A stretch of 64,000 nucleotides of DNA. It comes from a virus. Made by a program: the position numbers and the translations under genes. The notes under the pieces were generated by a model. The model searched no databases. It had not been told where the DNA came from and saw nothing but the letters and a program-made list of their open reading frames with translations. The DNA is taken from positions 1 to 64,000 of the IMG/VR virus record IMGVR_UViG_3300045988_080038; one strand, given 5' to 3'. Below, in pieces: positions 24,214 through 33,625 of the stretch. Position 1 is the stretch's first letter; the number at the start of each line of letters is the position of its first letter.

Positions 24214-24672
24214 TTATAAAAAAGCATAAAAGCATGTGATCACCTGAGTTTTTGTCGATTTTATTGTTACGGTCCTATCCGAATTGCTGACAGTGATACC
24301 GTCCGGAAGTGCTGATGTGGTCACGGTATAACCAATATCGATAGAACCTCCGAGGTAGAAAACAACCATCGCTTTCTCGATTATGATTAATCCATGAGTG
24401 GCAGCACGTACATTTTTGATAGTAAGCGATTCGCCAAATGCTTTTTCGTACCTCAGAAAGGGCTTACTATTTAATTCATTAAGCGCTCCAATCACCGTCT
24501 TGTCGTTCGTCTGCAAGTTGCTGATGACCGCATTGGTCAGTTTCCCAACAATCCAGTTCCAGATTCCGCTGAACGGCGAAAGCTTGTTTGCCTTCGATGT
24601 TGCGTCGTAAATCATCAGTGTGTCGTTGTCCGCCGGTGTTGCTTTCTGTGAATACTCGTTAAATTTACCCAT
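24214..24672 (-). CDS. tail-fibre-associated protein
   Basis: N-terminus ...NDTLMIYDATSKANKL...VIGALNELN resembles fibre and baseplate N-terminal modules. ATGA-type coupling to the fibre gene. Confidence 0.5.
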   Translation of the reverse strand: MGKFNEYSQKATPADNDTLMIYDATSKANKLSPFSGIWNWIVGKLTNAVISNLQTNDKTVIGALNELNSKPFLRYEKAFGESLTIKNVRAATHGLIIIEKAMVVFYLGGSIDIGYTVTTSALPDGITVSNSDRTVTIKSTKTQVITCFYAFL

Positions 24673-27600
24673 TACTGTAATCTCCTTTCTAATTCCTTGA
24701 TACGTTTCTCTTGCTCGTCAACCTTTGCGCTAAGTTCCTGTATGGCTTTAATGGCGTAGTTGAGAAGGTACGGACTGTTAATCTGTTTAATGTCCATCTC
24801 ACCGTTTTCGTCATAACCGCCGCCCAGAGCCAAGTTCGGGTCGATTTCCTCCAGTTCGTCCGCCACGAAACCGATGTTTTGATGCCATCCACCCATCCGC
24901 TCTTTCCAGTCAAATTGACGGACTTTCATTCGATTGACCGTTTCGAGAGCGTCTGTTTCGCTGGCTTCGATGTTTTCTTTTAGGCGGATGTCGGACGGGG
25001 CTGAACCGGAATAAAATTTACTCGTTACAAAATTTTTAGCACCAGTAAACTGTCCTCTAACTTCGATATAGTTTTTATAGCTAGTTCCAATGTCGGTGCC
25101 TCCAGTCTGTGTTTGACCGCATCCGATAAACGCCACTTTTTTTCCAACAGTTCCCAGTGTAGCTATAGGCCTTCTTCTGACAGGGCTTCTTTCATCGGTT
25201 TGCTCTGAATCCTCGAAAGAGAAACTTCCCTGCACATAAGCGCCGCCTTTCAATCCAGCGGCCCTCTCAACAGTGAGGCTTCCATTTGTCAAAATGTTTG
25301 CCCCAAGTTCGCATCCGTCCGTAAAAAGTGAGTTTGTATTTATTCGGACTTTATTGTTCAGATAGCGAACAATGTAGCCTTCCCACTTTTTGCTCGTATC
25401 ACCTTCCATCCAAAGTTCAAGCACTTTATTTTGAACTTTCTGTGCATACAGTCCGTATTTTCCAAGCATCAGTGCATTGTAGTTGTCTGCATCTGTGTAG
25501 TCCGTATACAATCGCAATCCGGCAGTATTAAGAGATACCATTGGATTTCCGGTGTTCTTATTAAGTACGACATATCCGGTATATCCTAATCTCGATATCT
25601 GATTTCCGTCAGCATCGTAAATCTTCAACTGACCGTTTCCGTTATTCGTGCCACCAAGACTGATAACGCCACCTTTCATGGCATTGAATGAAATAAACAG
25701 CGTCTGGTTTCCACTCTCATCCTTTTCGTAGTACAGCCCTTTGAACTTCCCATCGTCTGACAAGATATCGACTATCTGTTCCTGTGTCAGTGATGCCACA
25801 TCAACCGCAACGGAAAAAGTCTGGTAGTCCGCAAGCTTCGTTTTCGACTGGTCAAAGTACAGTGAAACCTTGAGCATGTCATGGGCCTTGAGTGACAGTC
25901 CGTTGACATTGATGTTCAATCGGTCAAGTGCCGCAGTCTGTGATACCGTGAGCGCTGACCATGTAGCGCCGTTGTCAGTGGATTTTTCCAGTTTCCACCA
26001 ACCTTTTTGTGACTGTGCAACTTCTCCGTTTCCGTCACGATAGAACGAATCTACGATGAGCGGTGCCGGTGTTATCTTCTTATCTGCTCCCATCAGTAAC
26101 ACATCCGCATTGCTCTGGAAGAAGTAAGTCCTTCCGGCAGTCCCCGGTTCACCCTTAATTTTCGTCCAGCTGTATTTCGCCGGGTCGGTGCTATCGTCCG
26201 GCGTGTAATCGGTATACTGACCGATATACAGCTTATTGACACTATCATCTACGGAGAAGCCTGTTCTACCATCCGCACTATTCGCATATGCGATATGGAA
26301 GTACGGCGTCTTTCCGTTCGCTCCCGGTGTTCCCGGCACGCCTTGCGCTCCTTGGTCGCCTTCAAACTTGGCCCATGTGTACTTTGTCGGGTCGGTACTG
26401 TCAACGCCGGAAAAGTCCGTATAAGTTCCGATGTACTTGTTTGGTGTCTTGCTCATCTGCGCCGCTGTCGGGTTCTGTACCGGTGCGTACTGGATATGCA
26501 GATACGTTGTCTTTCCATCTGTTCCAATGCCCGGAATTCCCTGCGGTCCGGCGTACTGTTTCGCAAGTGAGAACTGTTTCGATACGACAAGGTTATTCAA
26601 GTATGCCGCCTTGATGTTCACCCATCCGCTGTCTGCGGTCAGTCCGGTGACAGTGTATGTCTTAGTCTCCTTATTCCAGTTTCCCTGTATGTTCTGGGAC
26701 GTCGTAATCGTGTACGTACAGTTGTCTGTAATATCCTGTGTGCCGTACATGACGGTCGCTGTTGTGGTGCACTCCGGGAACTCTGTATAGTTACCGTCGC
26801 TGTCAACCGGGATTCCCTGATAGTCGTTATCAAGCTGCATGGTCATGTTTCTGGCTAGGGACGCCGCTTCAAGGGCCTCTTCTGCTTTTGTGTCATCCGT
26901 ATATTTATTCAGTTTCTGCCAATCCGACTGAACATAAGATGCTCCCTTTGCTCTTGAAACTGTACAGGTAAGGATATCTCCACCTTCACTCTCTCCTTGC
27001 GACCATAAATCACCGATATCGTAAGGCGGCTGCGGCTTTGTCACAAACACTCTGCGCTTATGGTCCGCGGTATCCTGTGCGTCCTCAGCTGCTTTCATTG
27101 CTTTCGTGATATCGGTATCTTGTACCAATGTCCAGCCCCACGTTGCTCCATCCTGCATAAAACGATATGCGTAACCGGTCGTTTTGTTGAAAAACAAATC
27201 ACCGATATGCTTCTTTCTTTCCGTTGCATTTGTCCAGTCTGATGCAGGCTTGTTCTGAAGTGTAGGTTCATAATCGTAATAGAACGTTTCAATCTGGCCA
27301 TCTATCTGGTCTTGCAACTCTCCCAGTGAACCAGTTACCGTTTCAGCATAGTCAGATAGTTTTCCGTCTGAATAATCCTTGCTCTCTTGGAGATAGTTTG
27401 CGAATGTTTGATTGAGAGATTTCCCTCCACCAATTTGAACACTTCCGTCGAGATATACGGATTTTGTGTCCATATCCACAGAGAAGATAATGCTTCCATC
27501 GGTATCTGTTACCGTGATTGCTCCGGCATTAATCCAGTCAGCATTAACACCAACAGCGTTCAAAATTCTCACAATCGTATCTCCGTCAACAGTCATTCCA

Positions 27601-29021
27601 CCATTCCATGTTTGCCCGCCATCGGTTGAAACACCCCATGCTTCTGCGGTCATCTTCCATACAGCCTTTGATTCCGCAAGTGTGGGTTTATCATGTAAGT
27701 AAAATATCTGGCTGCCATCCTGTTGAGTCTGGACTGTGGTATATACGCCGGTGGAATTGTCAAGCCGGTCTTTAAACTCTTGTAATGCCTGCTCTCGGGT
27801 GGTTCGCTCTCTCCAAACGGATTTTCTGGCATCCACAGCTGCTTGTGTTACAAGTGAATAAGTCTTTGAACTATTCCGGGCCGCACTTTCGGCATTGCAG
27901 GATATCTGCTCGAACGATCCCGGTTGCAGCACAACATTTGTCAAAAAGCTTTTATACTTATTTCCTTTCCGGTCAGTAATCAGAACAGCATCGCCGGCTT
28001 CAAGAACTATATCGGTCAAACATTCCGTTTCAAACGGTCGGAAAGACATTCCGACGCATTTTTCGCCGATCATATTCGCAACAACTTCGCCGGTTCCCTG
28101 CGGGATCAGCTTATTTTCACTAATCTTCAGAACGTATCCTTCTTCTCCGTACAGATACGAACTTGCTTCTTCGTCCGTAGATGTGGATTCCAGATACTCT
28201 GTTACCTGCACACCAGTTATCACTACATCGTCCAAGTTTGGGGTAAAACCATTAGTGGATTTTATAGTTACTCTGTTCGCATCGGTAATTTCCGTATCAT
28301 ACCATTTTATAGTCAATCTGCCGTATTTATCGCATCTGGCGTACTGGCATCCGATCTGGCATGTCCATGCAATGACTTGTCTGAAGGTCAGTGCTTCATC
28401 ATCAGGTCTTGCTGGTATCTGGTAAGAATCCTGATAGAAATTAAGTGTGTCCAGTGTTACTCCGCACACCTTGCAAGCATCCTGTATGATTTGTTTCCTT
28501 GTCGCCGGATATTTCAGCTTACTTGCAGAATAATCACGGTCGAACTTCCGCATGTTATCTTCGCATTCCAGTTCGATAATCGTAGTATTCTGGTACGGAG
28601 TATCTATGACTGTCATTGTACATATTCGGATTTTTTCTATCAGAGCATTTTTGTGCACTATGATTTCGTTACCGGTCGTATCCAGAATCTTATCACCCGT
28701 GGTATCAAGCAATGCGCTGGTATCTTCCGGTTCAAGTTCGATTCCTACGTAGCAGATCACCGTAGCATCCGTAAAATCATAATCTGTATATTTTCCATCA
28801 AAGTTATTGATTGATAGGTTCAAAGTATTGATATTTGCGGACCCGATGTTAAACGTGTTGTCGTCAGACACGGAATCCTCGAACTTCATACCATTCGACC
28901 AAAAATCAGCGTTGGTAAGATTGATAACTGTCCCATCCGTCAGCGTTATGTCAGCGTATTTTAAATAATTCCTGTTATCGTTATTTTGTTCATTCTTGAA
29001 TCTGTTTGAAATATCTCTCAA
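24672..29021 (-). CDS. tail tip / host-specificity fibre protein with C-terminal S74 intramolecular chaperone
   Basis: 1449 aa. Two collagen-like G-X-Y tracts, each followed by a Y.HI.YA...DSTDP.KY.W.K module. C-terminus SDIRLKENI...FDWK...GFVADELEEIDP... matches the Peptidase_S74 signature. Confidence 0.85.
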   Translation of the reverse strand: MRDISNRFKNEQNNDNRNYLKYADITLTDGTVINLTNADFWSNGMKFEDSVSDDNTFNIGSANINTLNLSINNFDGKYTDYDFTDATVICYVGIELEPEDTSALLDTTGDKILDTTGNEIIVHKNALIEKIRICTMTVIDTPYQNTTIIELECEDNMRKFDRDYSASKLKYPATRKQIIQDACKVCGVTLDTLNFYQDSYQIPARPDDEALTFRQVIAWTCQIGCQYARCDKYGRLTIKWYDTEITDANRVTIKSTNGFTPNLDDVVITGVQVTEYLESTSTDEEASSYLYGEEGYVLKISENKLIPQGTGEVVANMIGEKCVGMSFRPFETECLTDIVLEAGDAVLITDRKGNKYKSFLTNVVLQPGSFEQISCNAESAARNSSKTYSLVTQAAVDARKSVWRERTTREQALQEFKDRLDNSTGVYTTVQTQQDGSQIFYLHDKPTLAESKAVWKMTAEAWGVSTDGGQTWNGGMTVDGDTIVRILNAVGVNADWINAGAITVTDTDGSIIFSVDMDTKSVYLDGSVQIGGGKSLNQTFANYLQESKDYSDGKLSDYAETVTGSLGELQDQIDGQIETFYYDYEPTLQNKPASDWTNATERKKHIGDLFFNKTTGYAYRFMQDGATWGWTLVQDTDITKAMKAAEDAQDTADHKRRVFVTKPQPPYDIGDLWSQGESEGGDILTCTVSRAKGASYVQSDWQKLNKYTDDTKAEEALEAASLARNMTMQLDNDYQGIPVDSDGNYTEFPECTTTATVMYGTQDITDNCTYTITTSQNIQGNWNKETKTYTVTGLTADSGWVNIKAAYLNNLVVSKQFSLAKQYAGPQGIPGIGTDGKTTYLHIQYAPVQNPTAAQMSKTPNKYIGTYTDFSGVDSTDPTKYTWAKFEGDQGAQGVPGTPGANGKTPYFHIAYANSADGRTGFSVDDSVNKLYIGQYTDYTPDDSTDPAKYSWTKIKGEPGTAGRTYFFQSNADVLLMGADKKITPAPLIVDSFYRDGNGEVAQSQKGWWKLEKSTDNGATWSALTVSQTAALDRLNINVNGLSLKAHDMLKVSLYFDQSKTKLADYQTFSVAVDVASLTQEQIVDILSDDGKFKGLYYEKDESGNQTLFISFNAMKGGVISLGGTNNGNGQLKIYDADGNQISRLGYTGYVVLNKNTGNPMVSLNTAGLRLYTDYTDADNYNALMLGKYGLYAQKVQNKVLELWMEGDTSKKWEGYIVRYLNNKVRINTNSLFTDGCELGANILTNGSLTVERAAGLKGGAYVQGSFSFEDSEQTDERSPVRRRPIATLGTVGKKVAFIGCGQTQTGGTDIGTSYKNYIEVRGQFTGAKNFVTSKFYSGSAPSDIRLKENIEASETDALETVNRMKVRQFDWKERMGGWHQNIGFVADELEEIDPNLALGGGYDENGEMDIKQINSPYLLNYAIKAIQELSAKVDEQEKRIKELERRLQ

Positions 29022-29032
29022 TCTCTCACCTC

Positions 29033-29398
29033 CTATTGCTCGATCAAGTCAAATTGCAATCCTTCCATCCGTTGATTCCCGACCCACCAGCACTTAAAAG
29101 GAGCGGACCGGTCGCCAACATAAAAGGTTCGGACTTCGTGTTTGTTTCCAGACAAGAGATCGGGATATTCAACAGAAATGTACTCTGGGTTGACCGCCTG
29201 CACGATTTTGCAAGCTTTTTCCCATTCCGGTGCGTTCCAACCTATTTCCAATTTTCTCTTTTGACCAACACGATTCTTGTGCATGATCGTGTCATCAGTA
29301 CGCCCGGATTCTGACGCTGATATGTCCTGAAGCCCCCATGTAAAAGAGGACGGACAAGGCATCGCTGCACCATTAATTTTTATAAAAACGTCTGCCAT
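29033..29398 (-). CDS. small tail component (distal-tail position)
   Basis: 121-aa ORF immediately upstream of the fibre gene. Function inferred from position only. Confidence 0.45.
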   Translation of the reverse strand: MADVFIKINGAAMPCPSSFTWGLQDISASESGRTDDTIMHKNRVGQKRKLEIGWNAPEWEKACKIVQAVNPEYISVEYPDLLSGNKHEVRTFYVGDRSAPFKCWWVGNQRMEGLQFDLIEQ

Positions 29399-29424
29399 TG
29401 AATAATCACCTCATTTTTGCGCAT

Positions 29425-29453
29425 GAAAAAAGCGCCTATCAAAGATAGACGCT
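29425..29453 (-). terminator. intrinsic terminator
   Basis: Minus strand reads AGCGTCTATC-TTT-GATAGGCGCT followed by TTTTT. Confidence 0.6.
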
Positions 29454-29514
29454 TTATGATTATTCATTATACTTTTTTGGCGTAATATGATTCCATATTT
29501 TTACATATGATATT

Positions 29515-29550
29515 CAGATAAAAAGAAAGAACCGGAGATTTCTCTCCGGT
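29515..29550 (-). terminator. intrinsic terminator after the Big_2 gene
   Basis: Minus strand reads ACCGGAGA-GAAA-TCTCCGGT followed by TCTTTCTTTTT. Confidence 0.65.
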
Positions 29551-29558
29551 CCATAGCT

Positions 29559-30446
29559 TTATTTATAAACTACTTTGTACATTGCTCTACGATACGATTT
29601 CACTTTTCCATAACGATTATTATTTGTAAACTGCACCATTTCGACAACGTGTGTTCCAGATTTTATATAAATGTCGTCCAATGATCCCCCTCCGCTAACA
29701 GAAGTGCCGTGATTTTGATCCCAAAGCGTTCCGTCAATATAGACATACGTCATTAATTCCCGGTCAACATTATTTGCTGAAAAATTGATATATCCCATTG
29801 GAAATTGTTTATATAACTGCATAAGTACGGTTTTACCATTCGTACTTCTTTGAGAATTATATTCAATAAAGAAATCTGCATCTCCACACTCTTTTTGATT
29901 TGGTAAAAGCATCTTAAGTTTGCTAGGTGTGTTCTTGACCGTGACTTTGCACTTAAATATTTTACCAGACGCACTTCTGGCGGAAGCATAAGCAGTTCCG
30001 ACATTTTTTCCACTAATCTTACCGGTTGACGAAACTGTTACAACTTTGGTGTTTGAAGATTTCCATCTGTATTTCTGTTTCGTATTCAGCATTTTAAGCT
30101 GCGCCGTTTTTCCTTTGTACAGTGAAATATTTGAGCTGCTGATCCTCGGTGCTTCTACTGTCACCAAACACCGATAACTCTTCTTCCCGGTTTTGGCAGT
30201 GATCGTAGCTGCTCCTCGGGTCTTTGCTGTTACTTTTCCGGTGCTATTCACAATCGCATTTCTTGAGCTGCTGAACCATTTTGGTTTCGCTTTTGTTCCG
30301 ACCATCTTCAGCTGCATCGTTTGTCCCGTGCAAATCGTCACCTTCGTTTTGTTGATTTTAACCGTTGCCGCTGATACTGGAACTGCCATGGCAAGCGCCA
30401 TAATCATTGCCAGCAAGATCACTGAAAACTTTTTCCACCTTTTCAT
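29559..30446 (-). CDS. secreted protein with bacterial Ig-like (Big_2) repeats
   Basis: Signal peptide ...MALAMAVPVSA. Two repeats of the form TVKINKTKVTICTGQTMQLK...VTAKTRGAATITAKTGKKSYRCLVTV. Confidence 0.7.
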   Translation of the reverse strand: MKRWKKFSVILLAMIMALAMAVPVSAATVKINKTKVTICTGQTMQLKMVGTKAKPKWFSSSRNAIVNSTGKVTAKTRGAATITAKTGKKSYRCLVTVEAPRISSSNISLYKGKTAQLKMLNTKQKYRWKSSNTKVVTVSSTGKISGKNVGTAYASARSASGKIFKCKVTVKNTPSKLKMLLPNQKECGDADFFIEYNSQRSTNGKTVLMQLYKQFPMGYINFSANNVDRELMTYVYIDGTLWDQNHGTSVSGGGSLDDIYIKSGTHVVEMVQFTNNNRYGKVKSYRRAMYKVVYK

Positions 30447-30611
30447 TTTCTTCTTCCTCCCTTGGATTGATAGCTCAATTATACATCTGATAAAGAGAAA
30501 CTACAATGAGAATCACAGTAATTGATTAGGCAAAATCACGCAGAATCCATTTTTTTGTGTTTCCGTGGAGTTTTATCGTTCAAAAAAAATCGTGCCCGTA
30601 TTTAAGCCGTT

Positions 30612-31247
30612 TTATTTGAGTAAGGCTGTGTCAATGATCTGAAAGTTTGCCCGGTGGATGTAAAGGGCTTTCCCGTCAATCATGAGCTTTGTCATTTTCG
30701 GCAACTTCTTCGGAATTTTCCAGTATACTTCGTTACCAGAATATGCTGTAATAGGTTGCCCAAGCTGAGATTTAATCACAACAACTCTAGATTTTCCGAA
30801 ATAATTCTTGTATTGATTTACAATCCCGGTAACGTAAGTATTGTCAGAAAGTTTTCCTGTAGATTGACTGTAAATATCAGTCTGCTCAAAATCCACATCC
30901 GGCTCCAGGCCGTCCTGCTCAAATATGCAGGTATCACCACAACTCTGAATTTCTTTGCCATCAATATTGATTGTAATCACGGATGACAGCTCGTATCCGC
31001 TGACCACAGTTCCATCACTGTTGTAAGAAGTTGTCTCAACCGGATTCCCTTGAACATTGATCTTGTCGCCAACCGTGGTCATAACCTTTTCACCGTAGTT
31101 GTCGTAAGTACGGATTGTATATCCATTTCCAACCAGATCGCCTTTGATGTCATTAATAGCATCGTCCATCAGAGCGCATCCGGCAGCCCCTCCGGCAAAG
31201 CACAGACACAGGATTGCCAGTAACATGATTTTTAATTTTTTCTTCAT
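30612..31247 (-). CDS. lipoprotein
   Basis: MKKKLKIMLLAILCLCFAGGAAGC contains a lipobox (AAGC). Confidence 0.7.
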   Translation of the reverse strand: MKKKLKIMLLAILCLCFAGGAAGCALMDDAINDIKGDLVGNGYTIRTYDNYGEKVMTTVGDKINVQGNPVETTSYNSDGTVVSGYELSSVITINIDGKEIQSCGDTCIFEQDGLEPDVDFEQTDIYSQSTGKLSDNTYVTGIVNQYKNYFGKSRVVVIKSQLGQPITAYSGNEVYWKIPKKLPKMTKLMIDGKALYIHRANFQIIDTALLK

Positions 31248-31518
31248 CTTTTTTCCTCCTTGTCGTCAAAATGATGGTATCCCCATTTAGGGATTAAAAT
31301 AAATGCCAGCAATGGCCACGCTGAACCTGTCACTTTACAGGCCGTGGCAATAGCTGCTGAACAAGCGATCACTGATACTGCGTTCAGAATCATAACATAT
31401 TCCATTTTCTTTCCCTACTTTCTTGATAATTGATTGAATAAAATCGGCTAGAATCCATTTTTATGTGTTACGTGAGGAAATTATCACCTGCGGTATTTCA
31501 AACGGATTTTGGATTGAT

Positions 31519-32601
31519 TTAGTCAATGTATTCTTGGTTATCCCATTTCTGCTTTACCCGTTCACACAAGATTCTCTGATTCTCCTCAGCGAAGAACAGC
31601 CAGATATGACGGTCAAAGCTTTTTCCGTTTCGTTGGCCAAGGTCTGACTTGAAGAACTCATCTATCATGTCCTGATAGAACCGGAGCTCATCCTTTTCTT
31701 CCACGTCCGCTTTCAGAAGCGGTGAATCATCGCCAATGATAACACCCATGAACTGATCTGCGTATTCGGCAGAAATCATTATATGCTGTTCACCCATGTG
31801 TTCCCGGTACTGCTTGAAGTAATAAGCGATAACTGCCATGGTCAGACAAATGTCATGATCTTCCAGAATGTTCTCCTGTTCACCATACAGCGAATTAAAC
31901 TTATTGTACAAAATCTGTGGTACATCTTCGTACCGGTATTTCTCAGAACGATTTTTCTGTTTTTGCTTGCGGTACACTTCCTTCTGCTCAGTTGTCCGTG
32001 AGGGTATATTATTTATATCTAGTATGTTAATATTATTAGGAGCAGAAGTCTTTGAACCTTTACCATTCTTTGGTAAAGTCTTTTTCTCTTTATTTGATAA
32101 AATAAAGTCTTTATCTGTATTCTTTTCTTCTGTTATACTTATTCCCTTGTTATACTTATACATGCAGATTTCCTCACCACGGGAGGTGCATTTTTTCTCA
32201 CCGTCCCCCATGTGTTTTTTCTCACCATGTTCAGAAGATTGTTTTATCTCATGTTCATTGATAAATTCTTCGTAAAATTTTTCTGTCAAAACAAGATGCC
32301 TACAATGAATAACTTTTGGGTTTTCTTTTTCGTATTCGTACCATGCTTCTACATATCCCTCTGTTTTTAATCCATTTAGCATTGACTGAACGGTACGTTC
32401 TGATACACCAATGAAATCCGCAAAATGCCGATTGCTTGCAAAACAATCTCCGCTTTTATCTTTCTTGCGAAGACTATATATTTCCACTAATAAAAATTTT
32501 TCTCTAGGGCTGAATTTGTTTGTAAGATATAATCGTGACGGTATAAAAACGCCAGTAAAATCTCGTTCTCTTTTTTCGGAAATAGACTGTTCTTTTCTCA
32601 T
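31519..32601 (-). CDS. wHTH protein, replication-organizer-like
   Basis: N-terminus FIPSRLYLTNKFSPREKFLLVEIYSL...NRHFADFIGVSERTVQSMLNGLKTEGYV, followed by a Lys-rich linker. Confidence 0.5.
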   Translation of the reverse strand: MRKEQSISEKRERDFTGVFIPSRLYLTNKFSPREKFLLVEIYSLRKKDKSGDCFASNRHFADFIGVSERTVQSMLNGLKTEGYVEAWYEYEKENPKVIHCRHLVLTEKFYEEFINEHEIKQSSEHGEKKHMGDGEKKCTSRGEEICMYKYNKGISITEEKNTDKDFILSNKEKKTLPKNGKGSKTSAPNNINILDINNIPSRTTEQKEVYRKQKQKNRSEKYRYEDVPQILYNKFNSLYGEQENILEDHDICLTMAVIAYYFKQYREHMGEQHIMISAEYADQFMGVIIGDDSPLLKADVEEKDELRFYQDMIDEFFKSDLGQRNGKSFDRHIWLFFAEENQRILCERVKQKWDNQEYID

Positions 32602-32735
32602 AATAGATAACCTCCTTGTTGGTCGTCGGCATCTCCATAATATGCCAGAATCCTTGATTTATAAAAACAGTAGGCAGGTGCATCAAGGTTTACACTTTTC
32701 GGCGGCCAACCTAGCCTACTGAATTTAACTAAATA

Positions 32736-33101
32736 TTAAATACCGTACTTTTCTTTATTGTATTTTTCTCTATCCATGTCGGATTTTATTCTTACCCATT
32801 TATCAATTTCTACCATTGTTTCACACAAATTTTTCATCATGTTTATTCCAAACATAGGGATGCTCCCGCATTCTGAGACGATTTTAAAATCAAGACTTGC
32901 AATTCCTTTATTGTTTTTATCAGGATTAAATCCAGTTAACAAAAAGTGATATCGGCTATGTAACTTCGAAGGTAATAAAATTAAATTATTAATATCATTG
33001 TTGCTTCTGTCAAAGTCAATATGGTGGATTACATAGCTACTGTCGAAATCAATCCCATAATAGTCTTTGTAATATTTACGGTAATTAAAAGATTTTGCCA
33101 T
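32736..33101 (-). CDS. HNH endonuclease
   Basis: VIHHIDFDRSNNDINNLILLPSKLHSRYH. Confidence 0.7.
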   Translation of the reverse strand: MAKSFNYRKYYKDYYGIDFDSSYVIHHIDFDRSNNDINNLILLPSKLHSRYHFLLTGFNPDKNNKGIASLDFKIVSECGSIPMFGINMMKNLCETMVEIDKWVRIKSDMDREKYNKEKYGI

Positions 33102-33215
33102 AGAAAAATACCTGCCTTTCGTATAAAAGATGCCTTGAATGTATGTAAATCAACAGGCAGGCGGCAAGGCATTTCCGCTTGTCCCCCGTCGGGTAAGCCT
33201 GTTGGTTTTACCGTA

Positions 33216-33434
33216 TTATTTTTCGAATGAAATAAATCCATGATTTACCAATTCGTTTAAAGCTTTTTCGACAACTGCTTTGCTCTCTGAAACATATTCG
33301 CAGATTTCATCCAGTTCAAAGTCTGTTCCATCAAGGCTCATCAATATGCCGTATATTCCTTTTGCTTCCAACGATAGACTATTGTTGAGCATAATATTTC
33401 TGTCAACTAATCCATATGGCTTCATTTGCTTCAT
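33216..33434 (-). CDS. small wHTH protein
   Basis: LSLEAKGIYGILMSL...ESKAVVEKALNELVNHGFISFEK. Confidence 0.5.
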   Translation of the reverse strand: MKQMKPYGLVDRNIMLNNSLSLEAKGIYGILMSLDGTDFELDEICEYVSESKAVVEKALNELVNHGFISFEK

Positions 33435-33444
33435 TCCCTTCTAT

Positions 33445-33532
33445 AAAACAAAAAAGAGCAGACTCCAAGACGGTATCACGGGAAACGGGTCACTGTTTCA
33501 ACCCAAGTAAATATCATCTTAAAAGTCTGCTC
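33445..33532 (-). terminator. leader terminator / attenuator upstream of the island genes
   Basis: 9-bp closing stem GAGCAGACT/AGTCTGCTC around a partly paired 59-nt insert, followed by TTTTTTGTTTT. Lies between a promoter and the first ATG. Confidence 0.55.
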
Positions 33533-33590
33533 AATATTTTGTTTTTTTCGCACAATATAACAAGATATAGGTGTTACTTGTTACTCATTC

Positions 33591-33619
33591 ATTATACCGC
33601 AATCAGAAAGAAATGGCAA
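33591..33619 (-). promoter_or_regulatory. sigma-A type promoter just downstream of the tape-measure stop
   Basis: Minus strand reads TTGCCA, a 17-nt spacer, then TATAAT. Confidence 0.65.
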
Positions 33620-33625
33620 TGGTTT

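Noticed and set aside
23000-24672. Tail-fibre shufflon or inversion system driven by the tyrosine recombinase
   Set aside because: I found no alternative fibre C-terminal cassettes and no repeated recombination sites around the 24214-24672 gene. The recombinase looks like an ordinary integrase.
27924-28814. Long plus-strand ORFs antisense to the fibre, tape-measure, capsid and 45322-46361 genes (also 37101-38003, 49361-50398, 45484-46179, 39968-40654, 44000-44596)
   Set aside because: They lie antisense to well-supported minus-strand genes, lack RBSs and have atypical composition. They are typical shadow ORFs.
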